This document shows positions 50,377 through 63,679 of a stretch of 64,000 nucleotides of DNA, piece after piece. The position numbers and the translations under genes are program-made. Numbering within the stretch: position 1 is the stretch's first letter; each line of letters opens with the position of its first letter. The notes beneath the pieces are model-generated. The model saw only the letters and a program-made list of their open reading frames with translations, made no database searches and had not been told where the DNA came from. The stretch is from Octopus sinensis (Eukaryota), in NCBI RefSeq assembly GCF_006345805.1, contig NC_042998.1, positions 204,662,001 through 204,726,000 on the forward strand. The letters run 5' to 3'.

Positions 50377-51540
50377 ATATATATATACAAAATTTAGAGG
50401 ACTGACCACTAAAAAAATGGACAGCCTATATGCTAGATATAGACTTCAAAATCGCCATTTTCCACGAAGAATTACAAAACTTGACACTAATCCTTAGCCC
50501 TGATCCACATTCTTCATGGAAAATGGCAATTTTGACGTCTATGTTTAGCATATAGGCTGTCCACTTTTAGTGGTCAGTCCTCTAAATTTTGTATGTAAAA
50601 AAATTTTTCATCTTCAGATTTTTTTGAAATATGCTAGGCCACTGGTTTTAATTGATTAATATCAATTTCTACCCTTATTTAATTATATATACATACATAC
50701 CCATACCAGCATGGGAAACGGTCGTTAAACAATGATGATGATGATATTGTTAGGCAAAGAGATATAATTCCTGTTAGCATGAGTTAGAAATGGTCTTTTC
50801 TAGTTCAGCTAATTTTGCTGCTTGTTGCAAGCCATTTCCATTTCCTTCAGGAGTTTTGCAGAAATCGCAGGATATAAAAAGCAGATCTTGGACTGGCACA
50901 AGACATGTTGGCTAATGCAGCATTTGTACTTCTTCTTTAAGTACACCAACATAACATAGCTTTTGTTTGTATGTCTTTGATGATTCCTGCTAACAGGGAC
51001 CACCACCACTAGTTCAGCAGTTCCTGGAATAAGGTTTGCCTGATTATGTTCTTGTGTGCCAATGGATGTACGTAGTTTAGTAGTTGTGACTACCTCCGTA
51101 GAAAAGGAAGGTCTGAGTGATACAGGGGACAGGCAAGTTCACTGGAGTATGAAAGAGTGGCACATGGGTAGAGGGGAATGGCAGAAACGGGTGGAGGCCT
51201 GATCAGTTGTGAATATCAGCTTCTGGTGAAAGGTGGTGGAAATGGGAGGGAGGGAGGTAGCAGTGGGGATTATGGGAAGTGTGTGGGTGTGGGGTGCAAG
51301 AGAGATGCACTGTGCCAGGGATAGAGGGGTGGAAACAGTAGGGGACTACCTTTGGTAAAATGAGAAGGTATACATGATCGGGGATGAAATGTGCAGTTCC
51401 GTTGTCATAGAATTACCGCAGATGAGAGAATGGTGCCGTAGTGAGGAGAGTGATGGAGGGGTGAGTGTTTGGAAGGGAAGGGATTTGTCAAAGACAGATT
51501 GGGTGTAGGGGCACATACAAATGACATGCTTGTGTGTGTG
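49191..51540. repeat. Tandem duplication, period 1196-1198 bp, bounded by (TA)n tracts
   Basis: 49191-50342 versus 50387-51540; the differences found by hand are two single-T indels. Confidence 0.95.
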
Positions 51541-51548
51541 TATATATA

Positions 51549-51581
<33 letters not shown>

Positions 51582-54500
51582 ATAATTATTTGAGGAATAT
51601 TAATCCTAACTTACAGGGAAAAATTCAATTTAGAAATACTAAATCAAATTTCACACAATATAATATATATATATATAATATATATATATATAAATTTGAA
51701 AAAAAACACCTTTTATCAATTCAAAATGAACAATTAAATTATACCATCTAGAAAATTACGTATAATAGAAATATTAAAAATAAAATAACAATGATATACC
51801 GATGATTAAGTAAATTGCAAGAAAATAATAAAGACATATATAATTGGTATATATATATATATATATATACACATATGCCAGTGTCCAATGCATCTCAGCA
51901 TCATAAAGGGGACATTAAAATGAAGATAATTGTCATTTAGCGTCCACTTTTCCATGTTCGCATAAGGCAGATTTTCTGCTGTTGGATACTCTTCCTGTTG
52001 CTAACCCTTCATCCGTTTCCAAGTAAAGTAAGTCTTCATCACCAAACATGTTTTCATGTTAGATTGGAAATGGATACCACTTGCGTGAGGGTGACATTCG
52101 TTTATGCCATCATGTGATATCTAGACAAGGAGGCAGTAATACGCACGCTCACATACACATACATATACATGCAAATACATACACACACACATATATAATA
52201 GCCTTCTGTCAGTTTCTGCCTACCAGATCCACTCATAAGGCTTTGGCCAGCCCAAGGCTGTTGTAGAAGACATCTGCCCAAGGTGCCTTGCCATAGGACT
52301 GAACTCAAGACCATGTGGTTGGGAGGCAAACTTTTTACATACACATGACCGCTGGTACCAGTCAATGAATTACTTAAGATTTAAATGAATTAAAATGATG
52401 ATAGAATTTCTTAACTTTGAGGCCCATGTGGTCATGACTTCAAACCTAACTCTATTCGTTGTGCATTTGGAGAAGACACACCACATATGAAATAATGTTG
52501 ATCCTGAAAATATGGTGACCTAATTCTTTTTGTAATTTCTAAAGGAACCACAACACAAGGCTAAAGGATTGCACAGTTAACATGGTTGCTGTCCACCCTT
52601 TACTTACTATAGGGCAATGTATATGGGGCTTGTTACCCCTAATTCCTAGCTAAGGAATCTAACTTCCAAAATATTGGTTGGAATTATCAACATTATCTCA
52701 CTCTGCAGAGACTCTTGGTGGACAAACCAATTGGGCTTACAACCAAAACTCTCAACTTTAAACATGTTGCCTGGTGTATTACCCATGATTTCCACAGTTA
52801 AAATTTTGCCTAAATTCAGATTTGAAGTCATTTCTAATGAAGTCCCCAAAATCCAAACGAAAAAGGTTGAAGCTTTAAGACAACAAGAGTAGTTTAATGT
52901 TTGTTGGGTATTTGTGAAATAAAGGATTCGTTATTTTTCTTATCCCAGATGTGACCCCTGCTGGTCCTGAAGTTCTTGCAACTCACCACTTTGGTACAGT
53001 GGAAAGTTACTCTTTTACTCTAAAGGATTAAGTCTTGAGCACTTACTAATTATCTAACTGCTGCTACTACTACTGCTGCCACTACTACTGCTACTATGAC
53101 AACCACTACTACTACTGTTGTTGTTGTTAAACAACAAGACGGGTAAGGGGGATTAGGTGATGGTCTAGGGCTTAGGGGCGGGAGACCCCAGACCTGGAAA
53201 AAAAAACTTTGGTCGTCTTGTTGTAGTCAAGGGCTCTTTGGTGATGCTTGACACCACTGGGAGGTGACCCTCGAAGTCGCTGGAAATGGAGATCTCCAGG
53301 TCCAAATTCTTGGACGGCTGCTGCTGCTGCGACTGTCATCTATTCTATTTCTCCTCATTCTTGGAATTTTAAGTTCTGATGTTTGATAACAAAAGCAAAA
53401 CAAGGCAAAAGTCTGACAGAATTGTTAATGTGCCAAACGAAATGCTTAGAGGCATTTCGTCTGTCTTTATGTTCTGAGTTCAAATTCTGGCATGGTCAGC
53501 TTTGCCTTTAATCCTTTCAGGGTTGATGAAATTAAAGTGCCAGTCAAGTACTGAGGTCAAATGTATTCAACTATCTCCCCACCCACCCCACCCCAAATGT
53601 CAGGCCTTGTGGCAATGGCCGAAAGGATTATCAGTATTGACAATCTTTATTTTGAAAATACATTCCCTTTCCAATTTTCGGTTGACTTACCCCTCCTCCT
53701 CCTCTCTCACCTCCTACCACTCCCCAGTCTCTTGCCAATGACAACACCACTTTCTCTGTATTTCTCAAGAGTCGAACACCCAAACTGTTTGACCCCCTTC
53801 ACCCCTCTCACTCAGACTCTGCACCCCTCACTCACAGCATTTAAACTTTCCCAATTTTCCAATAAATTTTGAGGTTTTCATTTTTTGTGCCATTTAAATA
53901 AATACAATGTATATATATGAGGGATTGTACATTGTACAGTGTGTATATAATGGGCAAGGTGTGTACAGTGTGCAATACCAAAGTGCATTGCTGGCCGACA
54001 GGCGTTGTTGTACATAAGTAGAAGTTGTTGTTATTGTTGTATGATGGAACACAAACAAATCGATTGTTCTGGTTTTTATCTCCTGCACAAAACATGTGAA
54101 GTGGTGGGCTTTATGCAGAGCCCCATCTACTTACATACATTGTGCTTGTTCAGCTGAAACAAAAATATGTCATGAAAACAAAGGAAAATGTGAATTAATT
54201 AATGGGGGGAGGTGGGGGAAAATGAGGGCGTTTTTTTTTTTAATTATATTTTGGACATTAATCTGAGATTCAACTAAAAATACATTTTTATATATTTTAA
54301 ACTGTGGCTGCTAACACAAATGGGATTTGTTTGTGACTCAATTACACACACACCACACACACACGTGTACAGTCATATTTTACTTGTTGATGCCCATTCA
54401 GAGATGAGAAGACCTATTGCTGTGGAAATATTCTTGGAAGAAGTTTCTCTTCATGAATAATGTGTGAAAAAACAGATTGGGCTATGGATGCTGGTAGTCA

Positions 54501-55939
54501 CATGCATTTCTGCATTATTGCATGGCATCAGCTACAAATACTGAACCCATCCTCTCCTGCTGCATCAGGTAACTAAGAACAAATTTAGTATTTATAATTG
54601 ACAAAGCACAACAACGCAGAAATGCAGGCATCAGTTGAGCTGACTGCATCGTTCATAACCCAACGTTTCCACAATAGTGAAAGGGCTTCCAACTGCCAAG
54701 CAGACCTGAACAGGTTAAATATGACAGAACATAAATGTGTGTCGTATGTATTTATATATATTTGTGACTGTTCACAGCTAGTTTCAAAACTCTTAAACAT
54801 GGAATGCAGTGGTTTCTTCACATTCGCCTTTGACTTCATGTTGCTTATTGATTTAATTATTTTAGAATTCTTTACTTAAATAGAAACTTAGAAAATATTC
54901 AAATGTTGTTCTGATGCTCTACCAGTGAAAACCCCTTTTTTTCAAAAAAGCAAAGTAATCTTTTGTCACCAATTGTTAAAATTTTAACATTTTGTTGAAA
55001 AATAGTTACTAAAACAAAATTTTAAAACTGCTGTTATAAACGACAATTTGTTAAGACTTGTTAATGTTTTTTTTTTATTTATTGTATGTCATTAGTTGCA
55101 GTGTGTGTATACACGCACACATGCGTGTATAGAAAATTGGTAAACTGTTGAAGCAATTAATTTGCAACCTGTTCCTTAATTCTTGGTTGCAGCTCTTTCA
55201 TTTTTGCCACAAATAACTCTTGGAAAGGCATGAATGTCATATAATCCTATTCCTCCTGTTCTATAAATATGTGGCTTACTGCCAAACAAAAACACCAGTA
55301 TTGAGTCCTTAGAAAGCCGACTGTTTTTACCCAGATTTGCTTCTGTAGTTAAAACCAAATACGTTATATTCGTGTCCAGAAAATTCACCATAAACATTTT
55401 TGCTGTAAAGGAGGCACACCTGCAGACTGTAAACTAGATAACTCATTTTAAAGAAATTACCTGTCTCTAATTGGTGGGTTAATTGATGAAGTTGCCATTT
55501 TAAGAAATCGGTGGGGGGTGGGAGAGGTCAATTTTATGATAGCACTTTCCTACACCAAAAATGTTTACAGTGAGATTTCCTATAAACCATTTATATTTCA
55601 CTGCAATTGACTTTGAGAAAGGCCCAACCCTTGACAATAACCAAATTGTTTTTTATTATAATGGTTCCTGACACAGCCTTAGACCATTATTCATCCATTG
55701 AAAGCAATATGATAAATGTCTCTTTTATTGTGGTCGATATGTTGACTATATTTCATTAGCATTAAAGTTGTTTTAATTAACTTTTGTTTACATAATGAAT
55801 ATATTTTCTTTTTTATAAAAAATATCCCTCAACTGTTTTTTCTGTTTTTTTAAAATGTTCGAAGTAAAATTATTATTTAAGATTACTTAGTTTTTGTATT
55901 TGGTTTGCAAGGATGTGAATTCATGTCACAAAAGAAGTT

Positions 55940-56550
55940 TTGTTGTGTTTTAGGTGGGTCGTTACGCCAATCATAACACATGCACTGGTTTAATATCACT
56001 TCTTTATTGTTAGTCAGTTGATTATATATCTAACCAACTAACTAATCGATCATTTATTTGATGTGCTGGTTAAACAGTCAATCGGCTATTTGTTGGTCAG
56101 TTCTTTAGTCGCTGTTTGCAACCTTTTCAGTGACTCAGCAACTTCCCCTCTCACTCTAAAGTCTGAACCCTTAAAGAGATCACAGATGGCTAATGGACAC
56201 ACACACAACCACACACACACACATGCAACACAAACACACCATTTACTCTCACCCTTACTTCCTCTTCTAAGCAAACATACACACACACACACAGTCAGAC
56301 ACAAAACCAATTCTCAGACGCAGAGCTGGTCTTGGAGTGAGAGGAAAAGTCACTAAGTCACTGAAAAGATCACAGACAGCGACAAAGGAACTTTGACCGA
56401 GAAACAGCCGGTTGAGTGTTTAACCTGCACATTAAACAGACGATTGCTTAGTCAGTCGGTTAGATATATAACCAATTGACTGACAATGAGGAAGCGATAT
56501 TGAACCAGTGCATGTGTTATTGGCATAATGGCCCTCCCAAGACATAACAA
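55940..56550. mobile_element. Old foldback element with about 230-bp imperfect inverted arms and a CA-rich spacer
   Basis: ttgttgtgttttaggtgggtcgttacgccaatcataacacatgcactggtt... versus ...aaccagtgcatgtgttattggcataatggccctcccaagacataacaa. Confidence 0.8.
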
Positions 56551-57142
56551 TATTATTTATAGTAATACTGTTATTTTAGAAGAATATTAATCCTCATTTA
56601 ACACATTTGATTTGTAAAATATTTAAAACATGAAAATGGGGAAAAAAAATAGAATTTAAGAGAATATTTTGAGAAAGTCAGCCAAATAAGTTGACAGGAA
56701 TGGTTTTTGACTAAACACCTTGTATTTTCTGTAATTCTTTTACATTCTTGACTCAAATCTTGCCTCTGTTCACTTTGCATACATACATCTGGTGCCAATA
56801 AAATATTACCATTATTTTATTGGAATTGAGTTCACTGAATAATTTAGAAGTTTCTTTCAGGATATTCCTTTTTTTTTATTTTTTGCTAATGTTGTTGTTA
56901 ATGATGATACCAGCTCTACATGGGTACTCTTGCAGCCGAGAGGTTAGTCAGATACTTAGGGTGTGTACATGAGGTGTGTGTGTGTGTATATACATATATA
57001 TATTATTATAATTATTGTTATTAGTTTGTCATTCTGAGTCATGAATCACAGTATTTCAACTCTGAATTAATCTGACTCTATTTCACCAGATGGAGTCAGC
57101 TTTTCTGCTTAAATGCACACACATTCATTTAGCTGTTTGTTC

Positions 57143-57146
<4 letters not shown>

Positions 57147-57185
<39 letters not shown>

Positions 57186-57235
57186 CTGTTTGAATGAACC
57201 TTGAGAAGTGAAAGAAAGTTGCCATGAAACTCTCT

Positions 57236-57296
<61 letters not shown>
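57147..57296. repeat. Two (TA)n tracts
   Basis: Direct reading (57147-57184, 57240-57296). Confidence 0.95.
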
Positions 57297-57303
<7 letters not shown>

Positions 57304-57454
57304 GCTTAGGGGTATGTATAATGTGTGTGTTACCCATTAAAACCCAAATCAATAACACCACCTCAAATGTCTTATTTTCTCATATTGCCTTTAACTACAA
57401 ACTACTGACTCAATACCCACACACACACTATATATATATGAATATAAATAAAGG

Positions 57455-57664
57455 TAGAAAGGTGGCAGAATCATTAGCACACTGGACAAAATGCTTGGAG
57501 GCATCTCATCTGTCTTTAGGTTCTGAGTTCAAATTCCACTGAGATCAACTTTGCCTTTCATCCTTTTGGGGTTGATGAAATAAGCACCATTTGAGTGCTC
57601 GGCTCAATGTAACTGATCTATCCCCTCCCCGAAATTGCAGGCCCTCTGCCATATTTGAAACTAA

Positions 57665-57665
<1 letters not shown>
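57455..57665 (+). mobile_element. Meta-like tRNA SINE
   Basis: ggtggcagaatcattagcac...gagttcaaattccactgagatcaactttgcctttcatcc. Confidence 0.75.
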
Positions 57666-57695
<30 letters not shown>

Positions 57696-58393
57696 GTATG
57701 TATGGAGAGGTTGTGTGTACATATATGTATGTCTGTGGTACTTTGTTTGACCTTCACTCCTTTTATGTCACTGTTGTTGTTATTGTGGTCAGTATTGTCC
57801 TAAGTTGTTGGACTTCAGTTTATAATCATTATTTTTACAAGGAATACAGAAATTGTCTGGTCTTCCATTTTAAAAGAAACGTAGAAATTTCTTGAATGAA
57901 GTTTCACTTCATAAAAGTTTTCTTCCTTGCTAAATGTTATTAGTTATCAATTAATTAAATATTTCTAACAAGGATCATAATTAATATTAAGATTAATACA
58001 TTCATTTACTTTTTGAAGGAAATCTGTTTTTCTCTGCTTTGTAAGTTTGGCTGTTCTGTTACAGAACAACTCTTTGGAATACTGGAATGGTCTGTTTCAA
58101 AAAAGACAAAGCAAAACGGTTTCCTCATTGAAACTAAACTCCATGTTGTTGCTATTGAGTTTTATTCAGCAATCTCACGTCTGTCTGTTCTTAGCTGGAC
58201 ATTCAGACTATCACTCCACACTCCACTCAAGCAATAAATCCCTCCTAGATTTAATGTTCCCATCACACTCACACTCGACTCATCTCTGGCTTTATTTGTC
58301 TTCAGTTTTCTCTTCTCCCGTGGCAGCCACACTCACTCTCCACTCTTGTCCATAATTTTACTCCAATCCAGTTGCTCTCATCTGCCAGTTGGA

Positions 58394-58625
58394 TGCACCA
58401 CAAGGGATAAGCAGATGCACCATGAAGAGTGTCTGGGTGCACCACAAGGGATAAGCAGATGCACCATGAAGAGTGTCTGGGTGCACCACAAGGGATAAGC
58501 AGATGCACCATGAAGAGTGTCTGGGTGCACCACAAGGGATAAGCAGATGCACCATGAAGAGTGTCTGGGTGCACCACACGGGATAAGCAGATGCACCATG
58601 AAGAGTGTCTGGGTGCACCACAAGG
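58394..58625. repeat. 44-bp minisatellite, 5.3 copies, each made of two 22-bp halves starting TGCACCA
   Basis: tgcaccacaagggataagcaga + tgcaccatgaagagtgtctggg at 58394, 58438, 58482, 58526, 58570, partial at 58614. Confidence 0.95.
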
Positions 58626-60997
58626 AATGCCAGTTGCACTGCAGATTTTGAAACTATTTTTCAAGGTTTTAGAAAATCCACTCTTGACCATATTAAAAAC
58701 CTGTTTTTTACAATTTATTTATGATTTTATTTATATTGTTAGCCACCAACATGGTTTGCCATAATTTTTATTTTGTTTTCTAAATTTTTTTAATTTCAAA
58801 ACCTTGTTTTGTTTTTTTTGTTTTTTTCTTGCTTTCCATGTGAAGTATTTCAGTAATTATTTACTTTCCATGCAAAGTTTGCCAGGAATTTTGATCTCCA
58901 GACTAGTACAGTGTCAACCACTGCTGGAACAACAACACCACCACCCTCTCTATCCTTCATCCCACTCCTTTACTCACCCAGAACTCCAAGGTGAGCTTGA
59001 CCACTGTCTTAAAACAAAATGCTTCAAATCGAGTTTGTCAGTTTTAATTGTAGCTCGTCCCCCTCCCCCCACTCCACCCATCCTCCCACACATCCATCTG
59101 AACAAACAATTATATACTCACTCGTTAATCTGGATGATTTCCAGAAATAATCCTCCTCGTTGAGCTGAACAGTTTAAACAATTCTTATACATTCTAATGA
59201 TCAATGTGATTTTGGAAATGATGGACCCCACATTTTCTGATCAGATGACTGTCAGAAAATATAAACCCCTGCTCATCACATGATTTTAGAAATGACATGT
59301 ACCACCTGCTGATCAAAATGATTTTTAAGGTTACACATGGTGTAACATACTTCTTAATTTATATGAATTAATTTAAAATGTTAAACATTAACCTTTTTTT
59401 TTTAACAATATTTTTATAAACAATTCTTTTATTCCATTACCAATTTTTTGTTGTTGAATTTATTTGTCTTTTCTTTATAAAAAAAAAACCTTTCATTTCC
59501 TCGTTTTGTTGTTTGTTTTTTTTTTGTTTTTTTTTTAATAATTGTCATTATCGCAGCAATAACATAAGCCAAGTTGATTGATAGTTGGAATTAGAGATGC
59601 TTAATTGATGACTTAATCCTTGTCACCAAATGAATCTGTTTAATGGCCCAGTTCACTTAGCTGTAAATAGATACCATAAAGACATATACCTCACAACTGG
59701 CAGTAGGAGCACCATATAAGTGATGAGTGTTTTGTTAATTGCCAACAATAGACTCAAATTTCCTCATCTTTTTGGTGAAGAAATAAATTTTCATCCTCAT
59801 TTAATGTCTTTTTTTCATGCTGTCATGGGTTGGATGGTTTGGCAGGAGCTGGCAAGGCTGGAGGGCTGAGCCCAGCTCTGTTGGTTGTTATGGCAATGGT
59901 TTCTATGGCTGGATGCCCTTCCCAATGCCAAACACTTTTAGGTGGCACCAGCACGGGGCAGGGTTACCAAGTAACTTGCAACCTAAAGACCCATTGACTG
60001 TGGCTTTGTGCCAGTTGGTAAGAGGTTAATGTATAGCAGAGGGAGGGAGGGAGGGAGGGAGGGAGGAAGATAGAATGACAGGGTGAAAGAGTGTTGGTGG
60101 TGGAGATGTGTTAAGACATATCCTGGAGGGGGGGTTAATATAAGTGGTGTAGAGAATTGAGGATGAAAGCAGATATGAAAGACGTTAAAGATAGAGTGTA
60201 GCAGAGACAGAGAACAATGGCTGGAGGGGGCACATTGTGGTTCCAAGAAGGGGACAAAGGTAACTGAAGGGGGTGGGGTATAGTTCTGCTTTCAGGTGAT
60301 CACAACCACAATAGTGTTAGGGGATGAGATGGGGGTGGGGAAGACCCCCTCCTACTCCACCCCATGTGCACAAGCATTACCAAAGTGGTTTTAGGCTATC
60401 ACTAATGAATTTATTATTAAAACAATAATCGTTAGCAAGTCACACAAAATGCTTAGTGGCAGTTTTTTTTTTTTTTTCCGGCTCTTTGCATTCTGTGTTC
60501 AAATAGCACTGAGGTCTTTCATTCTGTGAGTAGGGTGATGTAATAAACTGACCCCTCTCTTCAGAATTGCTGGACATGGGCCAAAATCAGAATTATTACT
60601 TTGGAACAATAAGTGCAATGGTTGAAACTAGCTCACTTGGCTGTTGGGCCTCACAGTAATCTCTATTGGGATTTTCAATTAAGGCTGAGTGAGCTTTGTT
60701 TTCATATTTTGAAGGTTGAGTACCATCCAATACCAGTTATGTACTGAGGTTAGTAAAATTTGCTATGCTCCTTTGCTTTTATTCTCATCACTTTCTTACA
60801 ATAAATATAATTACTGAAAACAGGGCAACACACTGGCAAACTTGTTCCAGTGCTGGTCAAAGTGTTTGGTGGTATTTCTTTGGCCTGGACTCTAACCGCG
60901 GTCAACTTTGCCTTTTATCCCTCTGGGGGTCAATAAAATGTAGCACCAAGTATTGCCCCCTCCCCTCAAAATTGCTTGTGCTAAAGTTTTAACACAA

Positions 60998-61366
60998 GGA
61001 GTAGGAGTGGCTGTGTGATAAGTAGCTTGCTTACTAACCACATGGTTCTGGGTTCAGTCCCAGTGCGTGGCACCTTGGGCAGGTGTCTTCTACTATAGCC
61101 TCAAGCTGACCAAAGCCTTGTGAGTGGATTTGGTAGACGGAAACTGAAAAGAATCTCGTCATATATATATATATGTATTTGTGCGTCTGTGTTTGTCCCC
61201 CAACATCACTTGACAACCGATGCTGGTGTGTTTACGTCCCCATAACTTAGCAGTTCGGCAAAAGTACTAGGCTTACAAAGAATAAGTCCTGGGGTCAATT
61301 TGCTTGACTAAAGGCAGTGCTCCAGCATGGCTACAGTCAAATGACTGAAACAAGTAAAAGAGTAAG
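60998..61366 (+). mobile_element. tRNA/CORE-like SINE, near full length
   Basis: ggagtggctgtgtgataag...gggttcagtccc...ggcaccttgggcaggtgtcttc...gaaacaagtaaaagag. Confidence 0.85.
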
Positions 61367-61594
61367 TTAGAATTATCAAAGATCAATCAAGAATGATACC
61401 TCCATCCTTTTTCTTGGGGTTGTATGCCATCATGGGAATCCTGGGAATATTTGCTCAGAGTGACCCTTCTAAATATATAAGCATCAGGTTTCTTCCCTAT
61501 CAGGTTCCCAGCTGACCTCTGATGTTCTATGGTACCTGTTTGCAATCAGGAGCAGGTGTTCAGTATTTTTACAAAACTCACATAATATAGATGC

Positions 61595-62210
61595 AGGTAT
61601 AGCTGCTTGCTTCCCAAATGCATGGCTCCAGGATCTGTCCCACCTAAGGTAAGTGTCTACTACAAAAGCCTTGGACTGACCAAAACCATCTGTGTGGATT
61701 TGATAGATGGAAACTGAAGGAAGCCCATTGTATATATGTATGTATGTCTTTGTCTCCCCGCACACACACACATCACTTTACAATCAGTGTTGGTGTGTTT
61801 ACGTCCCCATAACCTAGCAATTTGGCAAAAGAGACTAACAGAATAAGTACCTGGGATTTATAAGGTGGTGAGCTGGCAGAAACGTTAGTACGCCGGGTGA
61901 AATGCTTAGCGGTATTTCGTCTGCTGTTAGGTTTTGAGTTCAAGTTCCGCCGAGGTTGACTTTGCCTTTCATTTTTTGGGGGGTCGATAAATTAAGTACC
62001 AGTTACGCACTGGGGTCAATGTAATCGACTTTATCCCTTTGTTTGTCCCCTCTGTGTTTAACCCCTTGTGGGCAATAAGGAAATAAGAATAAGTACCTGG
62101 AATTAAAAAAAAGAAGTCTTGGGTGGGGGTTGATTTGTTTGACTAAAATTCTTCGAGGTGGTGCCCCAGCATGGCCAGAGTCTAATGACTGAAACAAGTA
62201 AAAGAATAAG
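61595..62210 (+). mobile_element. CORE-like SINE interrupted by a Meta-like SINE (about 61855-62085) with a 15-bp TSD
   Basis: agaataagtacctgg at 61840-61854 and 62086-62100. Confidence 0.8.
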
Positions 62211-62514
62211 CCACTCAGTTTACCTACATATAACCAGGAACCTGACCTTAACAAAGAAGCACTTTTCTTGCCATATTTCTGTTGGTAGAGACTCTGTTTA
62301 TTTCAGTTAGTTTAGAAAATGATGAAGCTTTTAATAAAATAACTGTCATAATTAAACTGGCATTTGGAACATTAATTAATGGGGAATTTTTATTAAAACA
62401 GGAAGCTTGTATTATCGGAGCAAGGCCAGTCTGAAACCGGTTGACATCAAAATGGTTAAATGATTGTCTAAAAATGAAGAACTTCACTATAAAGAAATAT
62501 TGGCTATTACATAT

Positions 62515-62820
62515 ATTGTTTGTTCCTTCTTGAGCCATGCCTGGCTCATAAGGGCCAATTTTCCCGGTTTCCTTGGTGTATAGGTTCCCCACCTGGATGG
62601 GACGCCGGTCCATCACAGGTGAGCTGCAAGATGCAGGAGGAAAGAGCGAGAGAAAGTTGTGGCAAAAGAGTCAGCAGAAGTTCACCATTACCTTCTGCCA
62701 GAGTTGTGTGGAGCTTAGGTGTTTCGCTCATGAACACACTACATTGCTCAGTCTGAGATTCGAACCCACGATCCCTCGACTGCAAATTCGCTGCTCTGAC
62801 CACTAGGCCATGTGCCTCCC
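62515..62820 (-). mobile_element. tRNA-derived SINE with V-domain-like core
   Basis: Minus strand GGCCTAGTGGTCAGAGC (A box), GGGTTCGAATCTC (B box), tgtgatggaccggcgtcccatccagg (V-SINE-like). Confidence 0.7.
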
Positions 62821-62856
62821 CATTATAACTATTAATTGAAGGTAAACATATTTATA

Positions 62857-63256
62857 GGTGCAGGAGTGGCTGTGTGGTAAGTAGCTTGCTAACCAACCAC
62901 ATGGTTGCGGGTTCAGTCCCACTGCGTGGCATCTTGGGAAAGTGTCTTCTGCTATAGCCCCGGGTCGACCAATGCCTTGTGAGTGGATTTGGTTGACGGA
63001 AACTGAAAGAAGCCTGTCGTATATATGTATATATATATGTATGTTTGTGTGTCTGTGCTTGTCCCCCTAGCATTGCTTGACAACCGATGCTGGTGTGTTT
63101 ATGTCCCCATCACTTAGCAGTTCGGCAAAAAGAGACCGATAGAATAAGTACTAGGCTTACAAAGAATAAGTCCCGGGGTCGATTTGCTCAACTAAAGGCA
63201 GTGCTCCAGCATGGTCGCAGTCAAATGATAGAAACAAGTGAAAGAGTGAAAGTGAA
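62857..63256 (+). mobile_element. Full-length tRNA/CORE-like SINE
   Basis: ggtgcaggagtggctgtgtggtaagtagc...gcgggttcagtccc...internal TA/TG tract...gaaacaagtgaaagagtgaaag. Confidence 0.9.
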
Positions 63257-63679
63257 AGAGATATTCAACCAGATTATCACCTGTCTGTGTGTGTTATCTT
63301 CATCATATAATGTCTCTCTCCTATGTCAGCATGTGTTGGCTGGTTTAACAGGATTCAATAAGTCTGAGGACAGTATTAAGCTTCAATTGTTCTGGCTTTC
63401 TACAACTGGATGCCTTTCCTAATGCCAACCACTTTACAGAATGTACTGGGTTTTTTTTTTTTATGTGGCACCAGCACTAGTGAAGTGACCGAGCAATTTG
63501 CAAGACAACCCTCCAAATGAGTGAGGGAAGTGAGTTTGTGCCAAGTGTTGAGAGGTTATGACAATGGCAGGGGGACAAGGATCTTGATAGAGAGGAGATT
63601 CATAACTACCCAGTAATAGATATGGGTGGGTGGAAGTAACTGGAAAGAAGGTGGTCTGCTGGATGTGTAATGTCAGTGT

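Noticed and set aside
58394-58625. CRISPR-like appearance (constant TGCACCA plus variable segments) and possible metal-response elements
   Set aside because: The spacers are two alternating identical sequences, there are no cas genes and the context is eukaryotic. TGCACCA does not fit the MRE consensus TGCRCNC.
62248-62616. 122-aa minus-strand ORF
   Set aside because: The N-terminus lies in a SINE and the remainder is unrecognised with no consistent splice partners.
62740-62820. tRNA gene
   Set aside because: A and B boxes continue into SINE body with no acceptor-stem closure; the same applies to 748-809 and other SINE heads.
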